Shown in pieces: positions 14,370 to 24,939 of a stretch of DNA of 64,000 bases. Below the pieces are notes generated by a model. That model saw nothing but the letters and a program-made list of their open reading frames with translations. It made no database searches and was not told where the DNA came from. The translations under genes were made by a program, and so were the position numbers. Source of the stretch: Lingula anatina (lineage: Eukaryota > Animalia > Brachiopoda). How positions within the stretch are numbered: position 1 is the stretch's first letter; every line of letters starts with the position of its first letter. Location: positions 10,788,001 to 10,852,000 of the forward strand of contig CM120645.1 of the NCBI GenBank assembly GCA_051362555.1, written 5' to 3'.

Positions 14370-16001
14370 CATGTAAGTGCCCGTCCGTGCAAGTGAGTAC
14401 CACTTAAGAAAGAGGAGCCTTACACATTCAAAGGGAGATATGTAGTGAGATTTGGGATTCTGAAGGATATAGTGAATATGACGTCAGCTTAGGTGACGTA
14501 GAAGTTTATAGCATATCTGATGTGTACAAGTTAGATTAAATGAACACTTCGAGGTACAGAAAGGTTAAGTGATGTAAAGAAAAATTAATTGGGTATTATA
14601 TTTTAATTTTTTGTAAAACAAACAATATGTATATACTGAGTACTTAACGTTTAGCTAGAAGTGTTCTTGTATAACAGTATGTAATGGCACAGTAAGCTTC
14701 TTAAGTATACTTGTACATGTAGTAATGTGGTGTTTTTAAGGATGTTTTTCGAATCTACCATCAAATAACAAGCCTCATATGTAGTCAGCACCATACTTGC
14801 AATGATTAACCTCTCCTATAATTTCTGGAGATGTCCTCTAACACTACAGATTAGTGCATATCTATAGCATTTTTAAATGCATTAAAATGCACCTCTCGCT
14901 CCTGAACGGAAAATTATTATGAGATGTGCACCACATTGACTTAACTGTGCAGCTTTTGTTTTTACTTAAATAATGACAAAATAGAATAAACTGAAATATT
15001 GCAAATACTCTGAAGCACTCTAAATAATCACTTCAGAGTCAAAACAGTTTTTATTGCTCCTTTAACAGCCCTTGGTCATTTCACATGTTAGGTAAAGTTT
15101 CTGGAAAATGTTCAATTACAGTAACAAATCCCAAAATCTTGATTCTGCAAAATCAAATCAAATAAAAAACCGATAATATGCATATTGACAAAATCATAAT
15201 TGTTGAAAATAAAACACTAAATATAAACATTATTATTCAAAATATTGTACAATAAGTAAAATACCGCATACTAATAATAGTGATCATGGTTAACACAAAA
15301 TATAATGTATATCAATAAGATTTTATAAAAGCGTAAATAATCATGTTGCATAATTCATAAAAAGATACATAGTGATTAAAAAAATCATAACATTTGTCAG
15401 GACTAAAGAATCGTGTTACTTCTGTGCATCTCGCACACTGTCAATAATAATAATAATGATACAAATATCAGTTTCTTTAATCATTGAAGTAACAATAGGA
15501 AAAACTCAAGCATTAATTCAATAAATTGCTGTGATATTACACACACCCTATTGTACCAAAAGTCCGCTCACAAAGATAAATGCCCTTTCTTAATTATAGA
15601 CAAATGTAGCAAGTCAAGTCAAATTCAGCTTGGATAAAAATTAATCTGCATTGTGATCAAATGGTTCGAACTGAATATGGAAAAGTGTATTTGCATGTTT
15701 AAAGCGCAATAATGTATATTATTCACTCTTGAGTAATTTTCCGAGTTTAAAAGCGGCGAACACTGACAATGGGATAGCTCGTTCCAAATTAATGATTTCG
15801 TTAGTTATAATATCTGTAATTTGCAGACAATGCCAATCTATTGTTAGGTGTGGACTGTAGGTACCTTCAACCTTTAAATTATCAAAATACTATTGGTGAC
15901 TTTGAAAAACCCAGTACTTTGGACATAGTGACAGCTTTCTGATAGGAATTGAAATACATTGTTCATTGTTGGAAATCTCTAAAACCAGAGTATTTCTCTT
16001 A

Positions 16002-16215
16002 GATTGCATTCCCAGAGATTTAGATAGACCCATCTGGATCGACCTTACTCTCTGGGGGTTCACGCTAAATTGCTGTCAGCCTAGCGCGCACGACATTTAA
16101 TTACCCCTTACAGCTTTTAGTAGGCGGGACAGACATTTAAGCTGGTTAAGCTGACACCAATCTAGTGAGACTCCCCAGGGGATAGATCGATCTAAATATT
16201 TATGGGAATGGGGTC
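16002..16215. mobile_element. PIF/Harbinger-type MITE (copy 3, carried in the duplicated arm)
   Basis: Same position within the env relic as copy 1; TTA flanks. Confidence 0.8.
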
Positions 16216-17294
16216 TTAGATTTAAAATTGCTTGTCTTGATATGTCCCACAATGAAAATCAAAAAGATAATGGCAATTACAATTTGCATTATTAAAACAG
16301 GAAATAGCATTGAATCCGTGATAACCAGGTACTTTGGCTTATTATTTGTTTTTGTTGCTGTATCTAATAACCAATACGGCATAGTAGGAACTATATCGTT
16401 TCCACGTGCCTTTTCCAGCAAAGCCACTATTAATGCCAATTGCCTGACCTTGATTCCTAGGCCAATTATTATCACAAACAATAAGCCCGACAACCCTACT
16501 GAAACCCAAACCAGTATTTGAGATGAAACATCTGTAGAAAATATTTCTTCTGCTAGAATAGCATCTGTCATAGAGGAATAGATCAGTTCCTGGATTCTTG
16601 CTGTTTGAGCCATTTTTGTAAGCTCAAATGATCAACTGAATCTTTGGCAAGCAAATGGGAGAAATTATGTTGAAATAATTGGAGAACACTCTATTTCGAA
16701 CTTATGGGTTTACTAAATAAATCGTTGCTTCCAATTTTGGAAACTTGCGTTGGCAAATAAAAGTACTGTAATAACTTTCATTCAGCCTTTTGTATTTAAT
16801 GTAATCTTAAGGGTCATAATACATTTTCAATCTGTTTGCATGAACAGGTGATTCATGTTCCCTGTGTGTTTTACAATCTCTCAAATAATACGTGCACCCT
16901 GTTTAAACAATTGCTTAGAGATGCTCCAGCAACTTTGAACCCGTTACCAATCGCAGGAGTGTTTGAAAGAATGCATATGGACATATTAGGTCCTTGCTAA
17001 AACCTTGGACATAATGTCGACCCGTTTTATGAGGTAATATGAAAAAAATAACTGAGAACCCAAAACATATTTCCACGTGTTGATACAAGCAATCACGAGG
17101 GACCGCGGGAAATTGCGTTATCAATGCAAAGAAACAACAGAAATTGAGGCACAGCGCTCGCGACCTTGCATGATAACAAATAGTTCAGGGTCCCGTAGAG
17201 CTATCAAAATCGCTTATCTAAGACCATGGGCGACTGTTTACCCGAACAAACATGCCTTTAAAGGAAGACGCTACGTTTCAAGTCCCTTCGTTAT

Positions 17295-20200
17295 TATTAT
17301 TAATAATAATTTTATTGAGCACTAAAATGTTTCAGTACATTTTGCAGGCCCTCTAAACTACTTGTATATATATATATATATATACATTAAGTACAATCTA
17401 GACCTATTATCACAATTAAAAGAAATAAATAGATAATAACAATAATAATAATAATAGTAATAATAATAAGATAAAAATACCTATATTACATAATGACAAT
17501 TACATTGTTCTGTATTGCGGTAGACCTGCTCATTATTATTGACAGGCTAGTCTTTTTTTAAATGTTTGTTGGATGAAGTGACACACGGTTTTTAGGGAGT
17601 GTTCACTTTGAGGATTGAGAAGCCAGGCAAGTTTTTCTAAATCAGATGACATTTGCGGCGGTATCATTTTTATCATTTTTTCTCTTTCATTCACATGCTC
17701 ATTACATTTAAGTAGGAAATGCACTTCTGTTTCAACATCATTGCAATGTGGACATATTCGGTTTTCTACTGGTTTTTTGGGTTTTGTGTAGCGCCCTCTT
17801 TCAATTTCTAGGTCATGGTCGCTGATTCGAAATTTTGCAAGTGTTTTTATTTCATTTAGAGGGACTTTCATTGTGAGATAATTTTCTGGAGTGTAGGATT
17901 TCTTTATTGCTTTATAAGTTCTTAGTTTGCTTTTATTGTCACTGTGCAGATCGGTCCAAAAAAGTTCTTCAATTTTTTTAATAACATTTGCTTGAAGTAT
18001 ATTTGGGTCTACAGTGTTTAGATCTGTTGACAGTCCCCAGAGGTCTATAAAAGTTTTTAGAGAGCTTGACCAGCTAGGCCCTTTTAAATGGATTTCTCTT
18101 TCATAGATTTGTTTCACGATTCTATTTGGAGAAAGTTCTTTGAAACGAATTTGGTACTTAAAAACATGTTTTACAATATCTGTGTAGAGTGGCAGCCTTC
18201 CAAGTTCTGCCCTACTTGCATTGTTGCTTGCATATTTCCGCACACCAAGAGCCCACTTACACGTTTTTAGATGGAGCTGCTCAAAAGGCATTTTATTAAT
18301 TTTTTGGAGGGAGATTTTCTTATCTTTAAATAGTTCCTCTGCCCAAACTTCACAACCATAAGATTGGCTTGACGGTTTTATCAAAGAGTTTCATGTATAG
18401 TAGGGGAGAAGATATTTGGTGTGAGGAAAGTGCTGTTTTCAGTGCAAAAGATGCTTTCATTGCATTTTGTTTCAGGTTTTCAATTGCTTTTTTTAAAGAC
18501 CCTGTGTTTGTGAAGGTTATTCCTAAGTATGTGAAATTCTTCACAGATTCTATGATTTTGTTATTTATATAGAAGTTAATATTCTTGTCTAGTTTCCCTT
18601 GTTTGTTAAAGATGACAACTTTTGACTTTTTCTCATTCACCTGAAGCTTCCATTTTCTGCAATATGTTTGAAGTGCTGTTAAGTGGCCTTGTAGTCCTTC
18701 CTTGCTAGTTGATAACAGAACAAGGTCATCTGCATAGAGGATGTGGTTTAGGCCATCAATTGAGCAGTCCTTATTTTTGTTATTAAAGATTTCTTTGATA
18801 TCATCAATGAACACATTAAAGAGGGTAGGACTAAGATTATCCCCTTGTCTGATTCCTATCCTTGATATAAAAGGCTTTGTGTACCCTTCCCCAACAGAGA
18901 TGCCTAATCTGGTGTTACTGTACATTGTTTTAATGATGCTGTAAAATTTTCCTCCTACTCCAGTTTTGAGCAGTTTCAGTAGTAGGCCCTTGTGCCACAC
19001 AGTATCAAATGCTTTTCTCAGATCAACAAAGCATGTATATAGTTTCCTATTTTGATTGATGTGCCTGTTAATTATCGATTTCAAAGTGAAGATATGATCG
19101 GTAGTTCTGTATCCCGGCCGAAATCCTGTTTGTTCCTCACTTAACTTGTTTTTTGATTGGAGGTATTCAATGATTCTGTTTGCTAAAATAGAGTTAAACA
19201 GTTTTCCCAAACAGCTAGTTATACAGAGTCCTCTGTAGTTTGAGGGGTTCATGTATTCTCCTGACTTAAAAAGCGGAATAATAATCCCGAGGTTCCATGG
19301 ATCAGGGATTTCTGACGTATCTAACACTAAATTAAAGAGTTTAGTAAGCACACCTGTAAGGTACTGTGCCCCTGTCTTCAGCATTTCATTTCTTATCATG
19401 TCTTCACCAGGAGATTTTCCATTTTTTAACTTCCGTATGGCTTTCTTGACTTCATGTACAGTTATGGGAAGGTTGAGGGTGGGCTCACCTAGCATATTTT
19501 CATGTGTTTTGATTTGATTATCTATTTCTTGTTCGTCCTGGGATGGGATTCCACATAGGTTATAGAAGTGGTTAAGCCATGTATCTGGTTCAATTAGGTT
19601 TTCTTGGTGCTTTTTACCCTTCAGTTTTTGTAGGGTTTGCCAAAAGGCTTTAGGATTTTTTTCTTCAAGGTTTAGCAATTCATTTATCATGGTAGTCTTG
19701 TGGTTTTCTTTCTTTTCTTTAATCATTTTCTTGTACCTTTTGACAGCTACATGGTATGTATCAGAAATGAATTTATTTTTCGGGTTTTTTTGAAGGAGTT
19801 TTCCTAATGATTTGACATTTCTCCTTACTTCCAGACAGGTACCGTCAAACCATGGCTGTTTTTTCACTCTTTTTTTTTTTGGTCTTTTATTTTGTTTGTT
19901 ACTTTGAGGTTTCTTTTTTCGTAGGGATGCTTCTGCGGCGTTTTCAAGAATATTTACTAGAGAGCGACATGCATCATGCACTCCACTCTTTGTTGCAGGA
20001 AAGTTTGTTGACTGCAGATTACAGATGGCTGACATGTTTGATTCAGTTTCAAGGGCACTTAAAAATTTTTCGCATGAGTCTGACTCCCAGATATATCTAC
20101 CGTTGAATTTCTGAAGTGACTGTGAGTTTCTATACTCTTTGATACCTGTTGTTTGAAACGTGACATCCAATAAACAGTGATCAGACAAGTAATCAATAGG

Positions 20201-20696
20201 ATGGATAGTGAAATACTTAACATTACTGAGTAGCCTGTCACTAGCAATGGCATAGTCTACCGCACTACATCCCAATTTGTTAAAGCAGGTAAAATATCCT
20301 AAGGAGTTGCCTTGTGTTCTACCATTTAAGATGATTAAACTACTGCTTTTACACAGTTCTAGTAGACTTCTTCCCTGGGGGTTTACCACACTATCTAAAT
20401 TGTTTCTAGGTCGTTTAAGTGTGCTATTGGCCAAACTGTCAGGCACCGGTCCAAACATTCTATCATCTTTGACTAAGTCTGACAAAGTCCCAGTCCTTGC
20501 ATTAAAGTCACCTAGTAGACAGACTGAGCCTAGTGCCTGATAGTGTGCAATTTCATCTTCTAGGATATCAAAAGTGGCCTCATCAGTTGCAGTGTTGCCT
20601 GGTTTTATGTAAACTGCACACACAAATAGATCTTTTTGTAATCCAAAGTATGTGCCTGACAGTCTAAGCCACAAGAGATTCTCTAAGCCACAAGAG
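17295..20696 (-). mobile_element. 5'-truncated non-LTR retrotransposon (LINE, CR1/L2/Crack-like group) ORF2: partial APE endonuclease, reverse transcriptase, C-terminal Cys/His knuckle; one frameshift
   Basis: APE motifs GDFNAR, VDY, SDH; RT motifs NYRGL, FVDLRKAFD, QGDNLSPTLFNVFID, YADD; C-terminal RICPHC..ETEVHFLLKC. Frameshift at ~18361 (KPIL/YGCEVW). AATAAA plus (ATT/AAT)n tail at ~17295-17317. Comparison with the empty site in the left arm shows no TSD. Confidence 0.95.
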
Positions 20697-20842
20697 ATGT
20701 CCAAGTCCCAAGTGACTTTCTTCCTAGGGCAAGTCATCGTTGACATATTAAACGGCAATAAATACATTTAATACAACCAGTCTGGGGGAACTTTTTAAAG
20801 AACCATTTTGTGTTGGATTTTTCTATCGATTTGCTACTCTAG

Positions 20843-20888
20843 AATCCCAAGGACAAGTCTGCCCACCAGCTTCGAACCCCACTGTGCT
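20843..20888 (+). pseudogene. Truncated copy (D) of CUB exon 2
   Basis: ctctag|aatcccaaggacaagtctgcccacc... identical to the start of copy A exon 2; cut at 20889 by caggggcgtaaccag, a transposon terminus. Confidence 0.85.
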
Positions 20889-23845
20889 CAGGGGCGTAAC
20901 CAGATCAAAATTCCCAAGTACAGCTAAATGTACACTTTCGCAACAGATGTGCCAAATATAATAGCTTAGTTTTCACCAATTATAAAATTATCACTTAAAG
21001 TTTAAAATATTCCCACAACATAAATAAGTTCCAATATATTATTTCACCCAGAACCAACGTTTTTTCCAGGATTGGGGTACAGGCCGTCCAAAATTACCAT
21101 CTGTTATTTCAAATTTTCAGGGTGTCAAACTTTTGCAAGTGCCGTGAGCGGGGATGGGGGTGGGGTAAAAATTTAATGAAAATATTTTTTAAAAAATAAT
21201 TTTCACTGGGGAGGGAGGGTTAAAAATAATCGGCAACGATCTCCCGCCGACGCTCTTTCGCGAAAGAACGCCCTTCAATAGGGGGGGTCCTTAGATAACC
21301 CTTTTCCCCAAAACAGTGCCAAAACCACCTAAAAAGATGCTTATACATCTTAAAAACAAACTGCAAAAAACCAAATTAGTCTATCTCTATTATCAGAGCT
21401 GCTACTTGGGTTTTAGTATTTTGGAGAAAAATCGCCAAAAATACTTAAACTCTGTATTTTGTAAGATATGATGGTTTTTCATATCAATGATTATGCTTAC
21501 ATTTTAACACAAATTTCATTGTGACTAACAATTCTGACAGACTAAATGCATATGAAAACTAAACTGAATGTTCCAACACCTAGATAATGATTCATAATAA
21601 GTTCAAAAAGACAGGAATTCAATAAGAATTCAATTCACTAAGAATTCAATGTTTTTTGGAAGCTTGTCAGTTAGCGTTATGGTGGATCTTTCTTTCTTTT
21701 TTCCCAACAACTTTTTCAGGTTCATTCTAAACTGTTCTAGAGTTAACATCCTTCTCTTCCCTCCATTAATATTGAATATCTTGAAAACAGGACTACATTT
21801 TGGCAGTGATAGAGATGTGTCTCTAGCGTATGTGACCCCCCCCCCAATGAAATTTTGACTCCCCCTACAGAACTTTATAAATCTTATTTTATTTGAGTAT
21901 ATGACTTTTATCTTGTACTATGCATGATAGAGGATACATTGGCACTTTTTGCTAGTTTGCAGGTAAATGTTTTCATGAGAATAGAAGAAAATTAAAAATG
22001 TGTATTCTACCAAACAATGAATCCCCTATGGAAAAGCTGTTTATTTGATATTTGGTGATCATTTCAATTTTGACCTATTTTTTACCACCAAACTTTCAAA
22101 TACTAACAAAATATACTTCACAATGCAAACTATGTGGAAAATAATGGTATGATAACTAAATATAAAATGGGGTTTTGTCTTCATGAGAGTCCAAATACCA
22201 TGGATATGAAAATGGAGATTTTCAAGATGTTTTTTTCATTTTTTTCACCCAATATTTTACAATCAAACTTTCTAATATTTCCAATATGTTCTTAATAAAG
22301 TATACTGGAAAGGTATTGAAATGATCATCAAATATCAAATAAATAGCTTTTTCATAGGGGAGTCTTTGGGTTGTAGAAGTCATATACTCAAAAAATTAAA
22401 ATAAGATTTATACAGGTTTGTAGGGGGGAGTCAAAATTTCATTATGAAATTTTGACTGGGGGGGGGGGGGGGGCAGATTTTCATGTTACACCGGTATTCA
22501 GTAGAAACAGTTTTCCTTAATTTGCTAGTTTCTTTTAGCACAGTGCCTCAAGCCACAGCCTCTAGTTTTGGTTTCTTCCTCAATCTTTGATCAGTGTCAC
22601 CACACTGCCGTTCCATTTGAAGGTTGTGGACAGGGGTCTCATCCATGTTTTCACACTGATCAAACACAGAATATTCAACTGGATATTCACCAAATCGATA
22701 GTATTCTCTGCATTGCATAGCCAGAACCTTTGCCATTTCTGGTAATATCTTCTTTGTCAAAGCTATGCACTCATTCAGATATGCACTAGCACATCGTTTC
22801 ACACTCTCAACTACATAAAGGCCATATTTATCTTTCACTTTCTAGAATAATTCTTGGTTGAAACAGGAAAACTCAGGAGCATCTAGCCGAAAGAAATTCT
22901 CATATACCTCATTTCTACTCAGCTCTAGATGTAATGATTGAAACTTAACTTTCAATTTGCTGTGTGTTGCACCCCTAGATATTGTTATGGCATGAAACTT
23001 AAATGCTACAACAGCAGCAACTATTCTCATATATTCCAATGCCAGAGCATCGATCTCTTACAAGACAAGCTAGATGCCATCATTCTCTAGCTCGTTTTTC
23101 AGTTATACAGTATAGACACCCTAAAAAGATAATGAAATCATGAGAAATGTCATCAAAACTATGAATAATGAATTACCATGATGATGTTATTGATATAAGG
23201 TGTCAATGCCGCCATGATTTTGAGTATTTAGCTACCTTTCAAATAAACTTTTTACACAAATTTCTTAAAAACCAAATAAAAAATCCATCTATTTGGCTTT
23301 GGTGAGTTTGAAATAACTTGTCAGGCCCATATAACTTTCATTCATGTTGTAGGAAGACAGTCCCGAAACAGTAGAAAATCTTGAAAATCGCGCTAAAATG
23401 CTAAAAATCGCGTAATCATAAAATGCAAGTAGCAGCTGAGTTATCAATGATCTTTCAAAAAGAACATTTGAAATATTGTTTTTAGGTGTGTAAGGAACTT
23501 TTTAGCTAATTTGACATATTTTTGGAATTATGGACCCCCCCTACCTTCAATGAATACGAAAATTGCCTTCTCGTCTCGCTCGAATTGAGGTAGTAGTTAC
23601 GTCGTGACTCAATAACAGCGTTCACTACAAAGTAGTAATATTCAACTGGGACGCATCATAAATGCTGGGTACGTCAAATTACTCCAAGGGATTTTCATAC
23701 GACGTCCACGGCCGTCCCGACAAGCCAAGCCCTCATTTTTTTTTAATCGTAAGCCGTCCAGCCGTCTTTGAAAATATGCGCCGTCCGGTGATGCCAGCGG
23801 CCGTCCAAATGACAGCTGGACGGTTCGCTGGGAAAACCCTTGCCA
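20889..23845 (-). mobile_element. Nest of decayed DNA-transposon sequence, including transposase-like fragments (22500-23040)
   Basis: Terminus caggggcgtaaccag at 20889 is the same as the TIR of the MITE at 62074. Stop-interrupted reading frame ...PVHNLQMERQCG... resembles the PxxNxxxER motif of hAT-like C-termini. gccgtcc repeats and a ctgggaaaaccct end at ~23700-23842. Confidence 0.5.
21835..22472. mobile_element. Foldback/MITE with long inverted arms
   Basis: aatgaaattttgactccccctaca...gagtatatgactt (21846-21908) vs aagtcatatactc...tgtaggggggagtcaaaatttcatt (22377-22443); inner pair 22022-22068 vs 22316-22361. Confidence 0.75.
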
Positions 23846-24726
23846 GGAATGGTATATTTATTTAACTAGAGGCTTACTGCCACAAACTTTGGGCATTTAT
23901 GCAGATTAATTATGCCTGCTTGTATCGAGCTAATTTCTATATAACGGTGCGGTACTGTTGTTCGATGTGGTTTGTGGCACATTGTCCTGAATTGTCAGAA
24001 AACAATCTGAAGAACAGTTGATCGACCCATCAAACACAATATACACAATATACGTAGCTTTCTACCTCTCTCTCTCAATGCACCCCCTCCTTTCTTGCTA
24101 TCCTCTTCGTCATATCCAAGGTCACCTTAATGATGATCTTCCAAAAAGTTGAACCTTCATATGGTATCATTCAAAATCAACCAATTATATTACAGGATAA
24201 AGCTCTGGTATATCTAATTTTTATTATTAGACTCCTATATTCCTGTGACAACAATAATTCGTTCATATACATGCACATGAAGAGATCAGTTGTTTTGTGA
24301 TCAATAGTTCTACACTGTAGATAAGAGTTTATTTGTATACTTGTAGTGTGTTGAAGGAGATTTTTTCCAAGAGCTATTAAGCGCTACACAGTATTTACAG
24401 AACAAGTGTGGTTAATATTTTTTATTTTTACGCAATAACATATCTGCCGACTAATATATACACTTGATTTTGTTAGTTTCTCACTAAAATTTCGCTTCGC
24501 GGATACGCTGAAAAGTCCCCTTTTGCATTTTCGGCGAAAACTCAATTGTAAATCTAGGTCCTGGTGTTTTTCAAATATTGCACACGTGACATCTAGTCGC
24601 TCAAACTGCATAACAGTTACTCTGTACTTTGTATTGTGAGTTGCATGCAACTTCGGTAACAACTCTCATTTTGGAATCGGAGAAAATTTACCGTCACGAG
24701 ATCGTGCTTTTAGCAGGGGATAACCA

Positions 24727-24787
24727 TTACATGGTCGAGTTTGCACGGTTAGAAATTACGTGGACGGTGGTAGTCTGGCGTCCTTTC
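24727..24787 (-). pseudogene. Orphaned cytoplasmic-tail exon of CUB copy B
   Basis: tttcag|gaaaggacg... encodes KGRQTTTVHVISNRANSTM*, homologous to the last exon of copy A, but it now lies downstream of the copy B stop codon. Confidence 0.75.
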
Positions 24788-24939
24788 CTGAAAGACAAAT
24801 TGGTGATATGAATAATAATTTCCATACAATATGTCAAAACAAAAATTGAAAATAATATTGAAGCCAGAAATAATGTGCCCTTAACACAATTTCAAAATAA
24901 TAAATAAAACATCGCCAAAACCAAGAAATGAAACAAACT

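Larger units (their letters stand above)
15141..20888 (-). repeat. Right arm of inverted duplication, interrupted by a ~330-bp AT-rich insert (~15231-15559) and by the LINE (17295-20696)
   Basis: Collinear reverse complement of 7458-9464 on both sides of the LINE. Confidence 0.93.

Noticed and set aside
18350-18384. Programmed ribosomal frameshift between the two LINE ORFs
   Set aside because: The junction lacks residues of the conserved PILxYGxEVW motif and has no slippery heptamer; a small deletion or sequencing error is the simpler explanation.
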